Shown here in pieces: positions 1 through 9,621 of a stretch of DNA of 64,000 bases; the first letter of the stretch is position 1; each line of letters begins with the position of its first letter. Below the pieces are notes generated by a model. The model was not told the origin of the DNA and did not search any database. It was given only the letters and a program-made list of their open reading frames with translations. This DNA is from Candidatus Sysuimicrobiota bacterium. GTDB taxonomy: Bacteria; Sysuimicrobiota; Sysuimicrobiia; Sysuimicrobiales; Sysuimicrobiaceae. The stretch lies in assembly GCA_040289515.1 (NCBI GenBank), contig PSLI01000003.1, positions 21,224 to 85,223 on the forward strand, written 5' to 3'. A program made the position numbers and the translations under genes.

Positions 1-1338
1 CCCGAGCGGGTGCAGGAGATCTCGAACCTGTTGGTGGACCTGCAGAAGGAGCTGGTACGCCGCATGATCCTCCAGGAGGGGGTGCGACCGGATGGGCGGA
101 AGCCCACCGAGATCCGACCGCTGTACATCGAGGTGGGCCTGATGCCCCGCACGCACGGCAGCGCCCTGTTCCAGCGGGGTCAGACGCAAGTGCTCACCCT
201 ATGTACCCTGGGCACCGGCGAGGACGAGCAGATCCTGGACGATTTGGGCATCGTGGAGAGCAAGCGCTTCATGCACCACTACGTGTTCCCGCCCTACAGC
301 GTGGGGGAGGTGCGTCCCCTGCGGGGTCCCGGCCGCCGCGAGGTGGGCCACGGAGCCCTGGCGGAGCGGGCCCTTGCCCGCATGATCCCTCCGGAGGAGG
401 TCTTCCCCTACACCATCCGCCTGGTGTCCGAGGTGCTGGAGTCCAACGGGTCCACGTCCATGGCCTCCGTGTGCGGCAGCACCCTGGCCCTCATGGACGC
501 GGGGGTGCCCATCAAGGCCCCGGTGGCGGGCATCGCCATGGGCCTCATCACGGGAGAGGACGGCCGCATGGCTATCCTCACCGACATCCAGGGCATGGAG
601 GATGCCATGGGGGATATGGACTTCAAGGTGGCCGGGACCCGGGAGGGCATCACCGCCCTGCAGATGGACATTAAGATCCCGGGTTTGAGCCGCGAGGTGC
701 TGCGCCAGGCCCTGGAGCAGGCGCGCCAGGCGCGGCTAGCCATTCTGGACGCCATGCTGCGGGTGCTGCCCGCCCCGCGCACAGACCTGTCCCCATACGC
801 GCCCAGGCTCCTCACCCTGCACATCAACCCGGACAAGATTCGGGAGGTGATCGGCCCCGGCGGGCGGGTGATCAACCGCATTACCTCGGAGACGGGGGTG
901 AAGATCGACATCGAGCAGGACGGGCGGGTGATCATCGCCTCCGCGGACCCCGAGGCGGCCCAGAAGGCGGTGCGCATGATCCAGGACATCGCGCGGGAGG
1001 TGGAGGTGGGCCAGACCTACCTGGGCCGCGTCACGCGCCTGATGAACTTCGGCGCCTTCGTGGAGGTCCTGCCAGGCAAGGAGGGCCTGGTGCACATCTC
1101 GGAGCTTTCAGACCGCCGGGTGGACAAGGTGGAGGACGTGGTGAAGGTGGGCGACGAGATCCTGGTGCGGGTCAAGGAGATCGACTCCTTGGGCCGCATC
1201 AACCTCACCCGCCGGGGCCTCACCTCCGACGATGGGGGGCAGGCAGCACCCAAGTCTGCGGCGCGCGCGGACCGTCCCCGACAGGACCGGGCTCCGCAGC
1301 GGCCGCCCCGCAGGCCCGGACCGCGCCCGGAGCGCTGA
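1..1338 (+). CDS. pnp: Polyribonucleotide nucleotidyltransferase (PNPase), 5'-truncated by window edge
   Basis: RNase PH core motifs ([49 protein letters not shown]) followed by KH and S1 domains; frame is open from base 1. Confidence 0.98.
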   Translation, partial: PERVQEISNLLVDLQKELVRRMILQEGVRPDGRKPTEIRPLYIEVGLMPRTHGSALFQRGQTQVLTLCTLGTGEDEQILDDLGIVESKRFMHHYVFPPYSVGEVRPLRGPGRREVGHGALAERALARMIPPEEVFPYTIRLVSEVLESNGSTSMASVCGSTLALMDAGVPIKAPVAGIAMGLITGEDGRMAILTDIQGMEDAMGDMDFKVAGTREGITALQMDIKIPGLSREVLRQALEQARQARLAILDAMLRVLPAPRTDLSPYAPRLLTLHINPDKIREVIGPGGRVINRITSETGVKIDIEQDGRVIIASADPEAAQKAVRMIQDIAREVEVGQTYLGRVTRLMNFGAFVEVLPGKEGLVHISELSDRRVDKVEDVVKVGDEILVRVKEIDSLGRINLTRRGLTSDDGGQAAPKSAARADRPRQDRAPQRPPRRPGPRPER

Positions 1339-1354
1339 CCCTGTGGGGATCCCG

Positions 1355-2632
1355 GTGGCGGGACGCGACACGGAATACCGCAAGACCGTGCTCCCTTCCG
1401 GAATTCGGGTGGTCACGGAGGCCCTCCCGGGGGTGCGCACCGTGGCCTTGGGCATCTGGGTGGAGACCGGTTCCCGGTTCGAGCCGCAGGGATGGAGCGG
1501 GATCGCCCACTTCACGGAGCACATGATGTTCAAGGGCACCCGCCGGCGCACCGCCCAGCGCATCGCGGAGGAGGCGGACTCCCTGGGCGCGCAGCTCAAT
1601 GCCTTCACCGACCGGGAGCACACCTGCTACTATGTGCGGGTGCTGTCCGAGCACCTGCCCAAGGTCACGGACCTGCTGGCGGACATGCTCACCGGCTCCC
1701 TGTTTGAGGAGGAGGCGGTGGAGTGCGAGCGGCAGGTGATCCTCGAGGAGATCAAGATGTACGAGGACAGCCCGGACGACCTGGTGCAGGACCTGTTCCT
1801 GGAGACGGTGTGGGCCCACGACTCCCTGGGCCGGCCCGTCATCGGCTTCCGGGACACCGTGGAAGCCCTGCGCCGGCCGGACTTCGTGGAGTTCGTGTCC
1901 CACGAGTACCGGCGCCCGCGCCTGCTGGTGGCGGCGGCGGGCGACGTGGACCACGACCGCGTGGTGGAGCAGACCGCGGAGCTGCTCAGCCCCCTACCGG
2001 AGGGAGCCCAACCCCGCGAGACGTACGCCCCCTCGGTGTCGCGAAATGCCACCTACCGAGCGAAGGACACCGAGCAGGTGCACCTGTGCTTCGGCTACCC
2101 GGGTCTACCGCAGGGGCACCCGGACCGTTACGTGCTGTCGGTGCTGGACCACCTGACCGGGGGCGGTATGTCCTCCCGCCTGTTTCAGGAGGTGCGCGAG
2201 AAGCGCGGGCTGGCTTACAGCGTGGGCACCGTCTCGGTGATGTACCGGGACGCGGGGGCCTTCGCGGTGTACGCGGGCACAAGCCCCGAGCGGGCCCGGG
2301 AGGTGCTGGAGGTCTGCCTGCGGGAGCTGGACCGCCTGCGGCAGGAGCCGGTCCCTGAGGAGGAGCTGCGCCGCGCCAAGGAGGCCCTGAAGGCCAGCCT
2401 GATGCTGTCCCTGGAGAGCACGGCAAGCCGCATGTTCTTCCTGTCGCGGGCGGAGCTGTACTTCGGGCGGCGCGTGAGCCCGGACGAGGTTCTGCAGGAG
2501 CTGGAGGCGGTGACCCCCGAGCGCCTTCAGGCGCTGGCGCAGAAGCTGGTCACACACCGGCCTGCCCTGGCCGCGGTGGGCCCCGCGGACGCGGAGGCCA
2601 CCACCCGGGGCGCCCTGGAGGCGGTGGCGTAA
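1355..2632 (+). CDS. M16 (pitrilysin) family zinc peptidase
   Basis: Inverted zincin motif [19 protein letters not shown] and [18 protein letters not shown]; usual position downstream of pnp. Start uncertain (GTG 1343 or 1355). Confidence 0.95.
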   Translation: MAGRDTEYRKTVLPSGIRVVTEALPGVRTVALGIWVETGSRFEPQGWSGIAHFTEHMMFKGTRRRTAQRIAEEADSLGAQLNAFTDREHTCYYVRVLSEHLPKVTDLLADMLTGSLFEEEAVECERQVILEEIKMYEDSPDDLVQDLFLETVWAHDSLGRPVIGFRDTVEALRRPDFVEFVSHEYRRPRLLVAAAGDVDHDRVVEQTAELLSPLPEGAQPRETYAPSVSRNATYRAKDTEQVHLCFGYPGLPQGHPDRYVLSVLDHLTGGGMSSRLFQEVREKRGLAYSVGTVSVMYRDAGAFAVYAGTSPERAREVLEVCLRELDRLRQEPVPEEELRRAKEALKASLMLSLESTASRMFFLSRAELYFGRRVSPDEVLQELEAVTPERLQALAQKLVTHRPALAAVGPADAEATTRGALEAVA

Positions 2633-3438
2633 TGAGCGGGGTGGTGCGGGTGGCGATAAGCGGCGCCGCAGGCCGCATGGGCCGCGCGGTGGTGCGGGCG
2701 GTCCGCCAGCAGCCGGACCTGGAGCTGGTGGCTGCCTTCGGCCGGCACCGGCATCTGGGCGAGGACGCCGGTGAGGTGGGGGGGGTGGGCCGCGTGGGCG
2801 TTTTCATCCAGCCCGCAGAAGCCATCGGCGAGCTGCGGGGACGGGCGGACGTGCTGGTGGAGTTCAGCATCGGGGAAGGGGCCATGGCCAATGCCGTCTC
2901 CGCCGCGCGGGTCGGGGTGCGCCCCGTGGTGGGGGCCACGGGCTACACCCCCGCCTCCCTGGAGGCCCTGCGGGAGGCGTGCGCGCAGGCCGGGGTGGGC
3001 GGCGTGGTGGCACCCAACTTCGCGCTGGGCGCAGTGCTCCTCATGCGGTTCTGCCAGCAGGCAGCAGCCTACTTCCCCCACGTGGAGATCGTGGAGCTGC
3101 ACCACGACCGCAAGCGGGACGCGCCGAGTGGCACCGCCCTGCGGACCGCGGAGCTCATCGCCCGCTGCCGCGGCGAAATTCCCCCTCCGGCGGTGGCCGA
3201 GGAGGAGAAGGTAGCGGCAGCCCGGGGAGGTGTGTATGAGGGCGTGCGGGTGCACAGCGTGCGCCTGCCGGGCCTGATGGCGCACCAGGAGGTCCTGTTC
3301 GGCGGGCCCGGACAGCTGCTCACCCTGCGCCACGACGCGTACAGCGAGGAGTCGTTCCTGCCGGGCGTGCTGCTGGCGGTCCGGCGGGCCGTGACCCTCC
3401 GGGAGCTGGTGGTGGGCCTGGAGCACCTGCTGGCATAG
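2632..3438 (+). CDS. dapB: 4-hydroxy-tetrahydrodipicolinate reductase
   Basis: GAAGRMG Rossmann motif and ELHHDRKRDAPSGTA signature. Confidence 0.97.
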   Translation: MSGVVRVAISGAAGRMGRAVVRAVRQQPDLELVAAFGRHRHLGEDAGEVGGVGRVGVFIQPAEAIGELRGRADVLVEFSIGEGAMANAVSAARVGVRPVVGATGYTPASLEALREACAQAGVGGVVAPNFALGAVLLMRFCQQAAAYFPHVEIVELHHDRKRDAPSGTALRTAELIARCRGEIPPPAVAEEEKVAAARGGVYEGVRVHSVRLPGLMAHQEVLFGGPGQLLTLRHDAYSEESFLPGVLLAVRRAVTLRELVVGLEHLLA

Positions 3439-3467
3439 ACGAACTCTGGGAGGGGCGAGGTGAGGTC

Positions 3468-4502
3468 GTGCGGGACGGATACGTGGTGGCCGTCGTGGGA
3501 GCCACGGGCGCCGTGGGACGGCAGGTGGTGGCGTTGCTGGAAGCGCGGCGTTTCCCCGCGCGGGAGCTGCGGCTGGCAGCCTCCCCGCGCTCGGAAGGCA
3601 AGCGGGTGGACGGCCACCGGGTGGTGGCGCTCTCCGATGCCGTGTTCGACGGGTGCCACATCGCCATTTTCGATGTGCCGGACGAGGTCTCTCGGGAGTG
3701 GGCGCCGCGGGCTGCCGCGCGGGGAGCGGTGGTGATCGACAACGCCGCCACCTTCCGCCTGGACCCGGGCGTGCCCCTGGTCATCCCGGAGATCAACGGT
3801 CCGCGGGTGCTGGACAGGCCCCGGGGGATCGTGGCGAACCCCAACTGCACCACGGCCACCTTTCTGGTGCCCCTCGCGCCCCTGCACCGGCGCTACGGCC
3901 TCCGGCGGGTGGTGGCGTGCTCGTACCAGTCCGTCTCGGGCGCGGGTCAGGCGGGGGTTGAGCAGCTGTGGCGCGAGCTGCGGGCGGCTGCGGAGCGCGG
4001 CGAGCCCCTGCAGGAGTCCTTGGGCAGCGCCTTTACCTACCCCATCGTGTTCAACGTGATCCCCGCGATCGGGTCGGTGCAGGACGGCGGCCACACCAGC
4101 GAGGAGCTGAAGGCCCAGGCGGAAAGCCGCAAGATCCTTGAGCACCCCACCCTGGAGGTGGGGATCACCTGCGTGCGGGTCCCCACCCTGGTGGGGCACG
4201 GGGTCGCCTTACACGTCACCTTTGAGCAAACGCCGGACCTGGGCGAGGTGCGGGAGCTGCTGCGCGCGGCCCCGGGGGTGGAGGTGATGGACGACCCTCG
4301 CGCAGGCCGGTACCCCACGCCCCTTCAGGCCGCAGGACGCGACCCGGTTTACGTGGGCCGCATCCGGTTCGACGGCGCGGGCAACCTGGCCTTCTTCGCC
4401 GTGGGGGACAACCTCCGGAAGGGCGCGGCCCTGAACGCGGTACAGATCGCGGAAACCCTGGTGGCGCTGCAGCCAGACCTGCGGGGTGCGGTCCGCGTAT
4501 AG
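3468..4502 (+). CDS. asd: Aspartate-semialdehyde dehydrogenase
   Basis: VVGATGAVG, NPNCTT active site, YQSVSGAG, DNLRKGAALNAVQIAE. Confidence 0.97.
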   Translation: MRDGYVVAVVGATGAVGRQVVALLEARRFPARELRLAASPRSEGKRVDGHRVVALSDAVFDGCHIAIFDVPDEVSREWAPRAAARGAVVIDNAATFRLDPGVPLVIPEINGPRVLDRPRGIVANPNCTTATFLVPLAPLHRRYGLRRVVACSYQSVSGAGQAGVEQLWRELRAAAERGEPLQESLGSAFTYPIVFNVIPAIGSVQDGGHTSEELKAQAESRKILEHPTLEVGITCVRVPTLVGHGVALHVTFEQTPDLGEVRELLRAAPGVEVMDDPRAGRYPTPLQAAGRDPVYVGRIRFDGAGNLAFFAVGDNLRKGAALNAVQIAETLVALQPDLRGAVRV

Positions 4503-4535
4503 CGCGCGGGCCAGCTCCCGCCCGGTGCCGGCTGC

Positions 4536-5108
4536 TCAGCTTACCTCCAGGGGCGACACCTGCACCAGGGCGTCGCCCACCTCCACCTCCAGGGTGTAGC
4601 GGCCCCGGGGCACGGCTTCAAACGCGAACTGCCCCACCGAGTCTACCTCCGCTTCCTGCTCGTAGTGGAAACCCACCAGGCGCGCCCGCGCCGGCTGCTC
4701 CGGTTGCGTTTCCCACGACACAATCCCCGCCACGGTACGCAGGGAAGCGTCCTGGGGCTCCTCCGTAACGGACACCGTGAGGGCGTACTCGCCCGCCTGG
4801 TACGTGGCCGCAGCAAGCTGCGCGGATCCCCGCACCGCGTACGCCGCCGCGGGCTCCGCCACCCGCAGCTGCGGGGCCCACTCCGCCACCAGGATCCGCC
4901 AGTCCGGGCGGTCCCGGGCGCGCAGGAACCGATTCAGGATGGCCAGCTCCTCCTGACAGCGCGGGCACTCCCGGACGTGGGCTTCCACTTCCTCCCGTCC
5001 GCTGTCCAGCAGGCCCAGGTGAAGCTCTCCCAGCACGTGGGGGTCAGGGCAGCGGAACCTGTAAAGCTGCCCCGCTACCGCGCGTTCGAGGGCGTCGTGT
5101 GCTTCCAT
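4536..5108 (-). CDS. zf-HC2 (anti-sigma-like) protein with C-terminal beta-sandwich / carboxypeptidase-regulatory-like domain
   Basis: HVRECPRC matches the HxxxCxxC zinc motif; C-terminal VDSVGQFAFEAVPRGRYTLEV; SD GGAAGG upstream. Confidence 0.75.
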   Translation of the reverse strand: MEAHDALERAVAGQLYRFRCPDPHVLGELHLGLLDSGREEVEAHVRECPRCQEELAILNRFLRARDRPDWRILVAEWAPQLRVAEPAAAYAVRGSAQLAAATYQAGEYALTVSVTEEPQDASLRTVAGIVSWETQPEQPARARLVGFHYEQEAEVDSVGQFAFEAVPRGRYTLEVEVGDALVQVSPLEVS

Positions 5109-5297
5109 GCCTGCCTTCCTCCTATCTGAGCAAACGCCGGTGCGGACCGTTTTGGCACGCGCAGGATCGGGGGTTTGGTTTTTCCCCCTGTTTGCGAACC
5201 CAAGTACGCCATCGGATAGAACAGCTCTTAGCTTCGAATCAGTGGAATCTGCAGGATGCTAGACTGGATCAAACGACTGATTAGAATAGATCTAGAC

Positions 5298-5867
5298 ATG
5301 GGGAGGCTTTTGGGCGAGGTGCGCAAGACGTTCGGGTTGCGGGTGCACGAGGCCCGCACGTCTGCGGGGCTATCCCAGCGGGAGCTGGCCCGCGCCCTGG
5401 GGCTGCGCAGCGCGGTGGGGGTGGGCGACTGGGAGCGGGGCAAGGCCTTCCCCAAGTTCGAGACGTTCCTGCGGCTGTGCGAGGTCCTCAACAGGCCGCC
5501 TGCCTTCTTCCTGGAGGGCTACACCGAGTCCCCCCGGGACGAGGACCCCCTGCAGGCCTTGGAGCGGCTGGAGCAGCGCATGCAGCAGCGCCACCTGGAG
5601 CTTCTGCACCGCCTGGAGCAGCTGCCCGCCGAGGTGAGCGGCTGCCTGCCCCCGGACGAGGTGGCGCGCTTTTTGGAGTCCATGGACTTCGAGAGGGACG
5701 TGCTGCCCCGGCTGCCCCTGGACGTGCAGGGTGCCCTGCGGGCCCAGAAGCTCCCCGCGTCCCTGGAGAACGCAGCTTACGGGATCGCCCGCAACGCCGC
5801 TTGGCACGCGTGGGAGGTCACCCGCGAGGTCGTGCGGACGTGGCTGCGCCGCCAGCGGCGCCCGTAG
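5298..5867 (+). CDS. XRE/Cro-CI family HTH transcriptional regulator with helical C-terminal domain
   Basis: FGLRVHEARTSAGLSQRELARALG...VGDWERGKAFP. ATG 5298 is preferred over 5256 because a TAGAAT -10 box lies at 5282-5287. Confidence 0.88.
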   Translation: MGRLLGEVRKTFGLRVHEARTSAGLSQRELARALGLRSAVGVGDWERGKAFPKFETFLRLCEVLNRPPAFFLEGYTESPRDEDPLQALERLEQRMQQRHLELLHRLEQLPAEVSGCLPPDEVARFLESMDFERDVLPRLPLDVQGALRAQKLPASLENAAYGIARNAAWHAWEVTREVVRTWLRRQRRP

Positions 5868-5871
5868 GGGA

Positions 5872-5952
5872 AGAAAAACGTCAACGGGAGCCGCCCCGAG
5901 TGACCTCTCGGCTTTCACCGGTTCGACCTCTCGGGACCTTACTCCCGTTGAC
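5872..5952 (-). ncRNA. Candidate unclassified small structured RNA (~80 nt), long hairpin with GAAA tetraloop and 3' U-tract
   Basis: Minus strand reads GUCAACGGGAG-UAAG-GUCCCGAG-AGGUCGAAC-CGGU-GAAA-GCCG-AGAGGUCA-CUCGGGGC-GG-CUCCCGUUGAC-GUUUUUCUU; perfect 11-bp terminal stem; starts 7 nt after a TATAAT box. Confidence 0.6.
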
Positions 5953-5958
5953 ACCTTG

Positions 5959-5987
5959 ATTATACGCGTCTGGCCGCGGCAGCGCAA
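5959..5987 (-). promoter_or_regulatory. Sigma70-type promoter for the candidate sRNA
   Basis: TTGCGC (5987-5982), 17-bp spacer, TATAAT (5964-5959). Same -35 hexamer and spacing as the tRNA-Trp promoter in this window. Confidence 0.7.
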
Positions 5988-6267
5988 TGGGGAACAACGG
6001 TTCTTGGTACCGGTGCCAGGTACCCGCAGGCGCGAACTCGCGGGGTCGGCCCCGGCGAGCCTCCCGGTGGCGGTGCGCCAGCTGCCCAGGGCAGAGGGGC
6101 CGGCACCTGAAAAATGCCCTTCCGGGTACGTCTAGCCAGGCGGTGGCTGGGGTATAAGTCCCGGTAGACGGGTTTACGGAAGGAGGTGGTGGCACAGGTC
6201 TTGCTCTAGTTCATAAGGCCCGCGGCGCGGGAGGACGTTCAAAGACTACTGTGGAGGAGGGAAAGCG

Positions 6268-6666
6268 ATGTTGGAACGGATCTGGAGGGCTCGCAGGGAC
6301 CAGAGGGGCTTCACCCTCATCGAGCTCATCATGGTGCTGGTGATCCTGGGGATCCTGCTGGCGCTGGCGCTTCCTGCCTACCTGGGCACGCGGAGGAAGG
6401 CGTACCTGGCGGAGGCGGACCAGAACCTGCAGGAGATGAAAACCCAGGCGTGGTTGTACTACGTGGAGAGGGGGACTTTTACCGGGGTAAGTGGCACAAT
6501 CCAACCACCGGCTGCCACTGCAAACTGGAGTTTCGCCTGGGGCACCTGCGATGGTACTACGTCGTGCACAATGAGCGCGACCGGACAGGGGCCCGTTGCC
6601 GGTGCCTCGGTGACTCTGGTACTCTCCAACACCGGCTCTGCCACGGTCACGTCGAGCGGCTTTTAG
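6268..6666 (+). CDS. Type IV major pilin (Ser/Thr-rich)
   Basis: Class III signal peptide QRG|FTLIELIMVLVILGIL; strong SD GGAGGAGG; small C-terminal disulfide (CDGTTSC). Confidence 0.93.
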   Translation: MLERIWRARRDQRGFTLIELIMVLVILGILLALALPAYLGTRRKAYLAEADQNLQEMKTQAWLYYVERGTFTGVSGTIQPPAATANWSFAWGTCDGTTSCTMSATGQGPVAGASVTLVLSNTGSATVTSSGF

Positions 6667-6675
6667 GCCGCGCGC

Positions 6676-8247
6676 TTGCTGCGGTACGCTCCGGGTGGCC
6701 GGCGCGGGCCGGCCACCCGGAGCTCGACCGGGTTGAGGGCAGCTGTGCCCGTCCGCGGATGGTTTGTTGTTGCGGCCTTCCTTCTGGCAGGGTTGGCCCT
6801 GCGGGCGGAATCGCTTGCGGGCCGCGTGCTGTGGTACGACGAGGTGTACAGCCTGTGGGTTTCCGAGCAGCCGGCAGCAGCCATCCTGCAGGCATCGGCT
6901 CTCTCAGACCCTCACCCGCCGGGCTACTACCTCTTGCTGAAGGCCTGGAGGAGGATTGTGGGGCCGACCCCTCCGGCCGCCCGGCTGCTTTCCTTGGTGG
7001 CGTGGCTTGGGTCTGTGGCCGTGGTCGCGTATCTTGCGGCCAAGATCTTCGGCTGGCCCGCGGGGGCGGGTGCGGCGTGCCTACTGAGCGTGCACGCTTT
7101 CCAGGTGATTGCCTCCACAGAAGCCCGTATGTACGCCCTGCTGCAGCTCGCCGCGGCGGTAGCTACCGCCCTGCTGTGGCGGGCCAGGGAGCAGGACCGA
7201 CTGGGGCTCTGGGCCGCGTACGGCGCGAGCGCGGCTGCCATGGCCTACCTGAGCTATTACTCCGCGCTGCTGCTCCTGGCACACGGGCTGTGGGTGCTGG
7301 CCACACAGCCCGGCAGATCCTGGGCAGGCCCTGCGGTTGCGGTGGCCAGCGCGGTTGCCGCTTACGGCCCGTGGCTTCCTTTCCTGCCGGGCTCGGTTAC
7401 CGCCAACACCGTGCCGTGGAGGCCGCCCCCGGACGCGGGGCTTGTCGCGGGGCTCCTGGCGAGCCAGGTGTACGGCGGCCACTGGCTTGGCGCTGCCGGC
7501 TACTATGGAAGCGGGGTCCTGCAGGCCTGGCAGTGGCTGGCCGGCCTAGCGCCCGTGACGCTGCTGGTACCCGGCTTTCTGGCTCTCCGACAGCGGAACG
7601 CACAGGCCGGCTTTCTGTTTACCCTGTGCTGGCTGGTGCCGGTGGGGGCGGCGGTGGCCGCCTCGTTTCTGGTGGGGAAAGTGGCCGCCTATGCCTACCA
7701 CCTCACGTACGTGCAGCCCGTTGCGGCCGTCGCGGTGGCCGCCGGGGTGGCGGAAGTGTGGTCCCCGCGCGACCGATCACCCCGGTGCGTGACCCAAGTT
7801 CTAGCCGCCGTAGGGGTGTTGGTTTACGCAGCTTCAGCAGCCGACGGGGCCTGGCGGGATCTCCGCTACCAGCCCTTCCGGTACGACCTGGCGGCCGACT
7901 ACCTGCGCAGCCTCCATCGGAAGCAGGACATGGTGCTGTACGTGCCCCAGGGTATGCGGCGGGTCATGCGCTACTACTTCGAGCCCACCGGGCGCGAAGT
8001 TCAGCTTGCGCTGCCCCTGGCTGCCTGGGGGCCCAAAGCGCACCAGGCGCGGCAGCGTTTCCGCGACGCCGTGGCCGCGGCGCTGCGGGCCAGCAGCCAA
8101 CGTGTCTGGGTAGTGGCAAGCCCCCCATACCCGCCGTGGGTGCCCGAGATCATCGAGCAGGCGGCCGTGGAGAGCGGTTACCTGCCCGGCCCGGTAGCCC
8201 GCTTCGGGCATGTTACGGTAGGACTGCTCGTGCGCCGTGGTCGCTGA
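6676..8247 (+). CDS. GT-C fold membrane glycosyltransferase (GT39/GT83, PMT-like)
   Basis: LWYDEVYS, DPHPPGYYLLL and EARMYAL motifs; many TM segments. Start uncertain. Confidence 0.85.
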   Translation: MLRYAPGGRRGPATRSSTGLRAAVPVRGWFVVAAFLLAGLALRAESLAGRVLWYDEVYSLWVSEQPAAAILQASALSDPHPPGYYLLLKAWRRIVGPTPPAARLLSLVAWLGSVAVVAYLAAKIFGWPAGAGAACLLSVHAFQVIASTEARMYALLQLAAAVATALLWRAREQDRLGLWAAYGASAAAMAYLSYYSALLLLAHGLWVLATQPGRSWAGPAVAVASAVAAYGPWLPFLPGSVTANTVPWRPPPDAGLVAGLLASQVYGGHWLGAAGYYGSGVLQAWQWLAGLAPVTLLVPGFLALRQRNAQAGFLFTLCWLVPVGAAVAASFLVGKVAAYAYHLTYVQPVAAVAVAAGVAEVWSPRDRSPRCVTQVLAAVGVLVYAASAADGAWRDLRYQPFRYDLAADYLRSLHRKQDMVLYVPQGMRRVMRYYFEPTGREVQLALPLAAWGPKAHQARQRFRDAVAAALRASSQRVWVVASPPYPPWVPEIIEQAAVESGYLPGPVARFGHVTVGLLVRRGR

Positions 8248-8434
8248 CCCCGCGGACCGGGGGCGTTTTGCGCGGCTTCTGCCTCCACTCCATGTGTGGA
8301 TCTTGGCGGGGCTCCTCCTGGCCGCCGCGGTGGTGCGTTTGGAACTGCTGGGCTGCGGGGGTACGCTGATTCGTTGTGGCGAGGTGGCACGAGAGGGTGC
8401 GAGAGGTGGATGGAGACCGGATGACGTAACTTAA
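8237..8434 (+). pseudogene. Truncated 5' fragment of a further GT-C glycosyltransferase paralogue
   Basis: VWILAGLLLAAAVVRLELLG resembles the first TM helix of the neighbouring GT (LAVAAAVRWELLATRSLWYDE) but stops resembling it before the WYDE motif; start overlaps the upstream stop. Confidence 0.45.
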
Positions 8435-8448
8435 CCCCAGGCACCCGG

Positions 8449-9621
8449 ATGGCGGGTCCCCACCAAGGGAGCTGCGAACAGAGAGTCAGCTGGGGGAAGA
8501 TGCGGGTGAGGGTGTCAGCGGAAGTCAAATTGGTCGGTGCGTGGCTGGTCGCCACGCGAACGGTGCTCTGGGGAGTCGGACTGGTGTCGCGGGAGATCCT
8601 GCAGCCGTTCCTGCCGGTTCAGGAGCCAGGCGCGCCATTTACCACCAACCAGGCTCTCGCAGTATGGGGCCACTGGGACACGCGTTGGTACCTGGACATC
8701 GCTCGCCGGGGGTATTCGGCTGAGCCGATCCCGGAAACAGGCGAGGCGAACTACGCCTTCTTTCCGCTGTATCCACTGTTGGTGAGGGCGCTCGCGGTGT
8801 TCCTGGGGGATGTTTACCTCGCGGGCTTGATCGTGTCCAATGCTTCCCTGCTGGTCGCCGGGATCCTGCTCTACCGTCTGACGGCATTCGAGGACGACGA
8901 AGTGACCGCGCGCCGTGCCGTCAAATACCTGTTTTTGCTTCCTACGGCTTTCGTGTTTTCTGGCGTTCTGTCGGAGTCGCTGTTCGTGGCTGTGAGCGTG
9001 GGTGCGTTCTACGCAACGCGGAGAAACCGGTGGTGGCTAGCGGGGCTGCTGGGAGGGTGCGCTGCCTTGAGCCGCCCCCAAGGGGTGCTGCTCATTCTCC
9101 CACTCGCGTGGCTGTGCTTCGCAGATCGGGACCGGCGACAGCGGTGGTTAGACTACTTGCCCCCGCTGGTTTTGGTGCCGGCAGGCTTGGCAGGTTGGGT
9201 GGCGTACACGTGGAGCCTTACAGGCGATCCCCTGGCCTTCGTAAACGTGCAGCGAGCGTGGCGGAAGGTGCCATCGAACCCCGCAGAGGTCCTGGTGCAG
9301 GGCCTGCTTGCGCATGCTCCTCAGCTGCGTGTGGGAGCGTGGTTTGGGGCGGTCGCACGGGCGCTCGCGTTTTCTTTCTGGAGGCTGTTGGGTTTTCCGT
9401 ACTTCCTGGTCTGCCTTGCCGCTGTGTTGCCAGCCCTGAGCAGCGGATGGACGTCGCTGTACAGCACCCCACGGTACGTTGCAAGCGCTTGGCCGCTCGC
9501 GATTCTGTTCGCCAAGCTGGGGAGACGGGGAGAGGTGGACGGGGTGGCTGCGGCTTCCTTGGCGCTTCTTCAGGGCTTTTTGATGGTTTTTTGGAGCAAC
9601 GGCTCACGCATGGTGATGTGA
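8449..9621 (+). CDS. PIG-V-like GT-C mannosyltransferase family protein
   Basis: HWDTRWYLDIARRGY, YAFFPLYPLL, SESLF and LSRPQG motifs; multi-TM. Start may be ATG 8500. Confidence 0.85.
   Translation: MAGPHQGSCEQRVSWGKMRVRVSAEVKLVGAWLVATRTVLWGVGLVSREILQPFLPVQEPGAPFTTNQALAVWGHWDTRWYLDIARRGYSAEPIPETGEANYAFFPLYPLLVRALAVFLGDVYLAGLIVSNASLLVAGILLYRLTAFEDDEVTARRAVKYLFLLPTAFVFSGVLSESLFVAVSVGAFYATRRNRWWLAGLLGGCAALSRPQGVLLILPLAWLCFADRDRRQRWLDYLPPLVLVPAGLAGWVAYTWSLTGDPLAFVNVQRAWRKVPSNPAEVLVQGLLAHAPQLRVGAWFGAVARALAFSFWRLLGFPYFLVCLAAVLPALSSGWTSLYSTPRYVASAWPLAILFAKLGRRGEVDGVAAASLALLQGFLMVFWSNGSRMVM

Noticed and set aside
5872..5952. SRP (4.5S) RNA or c-di-GMP-I riboswitch identity for the hairpin RNA
   Set aside because: Lacks the [16 protein letters not shown] loop; has a GAAA hairpin but not the GACGCAAAG junction or second stem of c-di-GMP-I, and no downstream gene on its strand.
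5990..6267. c-di-GMP riboswitch upstream of the pilin
   Set aside because: No class I or class II consensus recognisable by eye.
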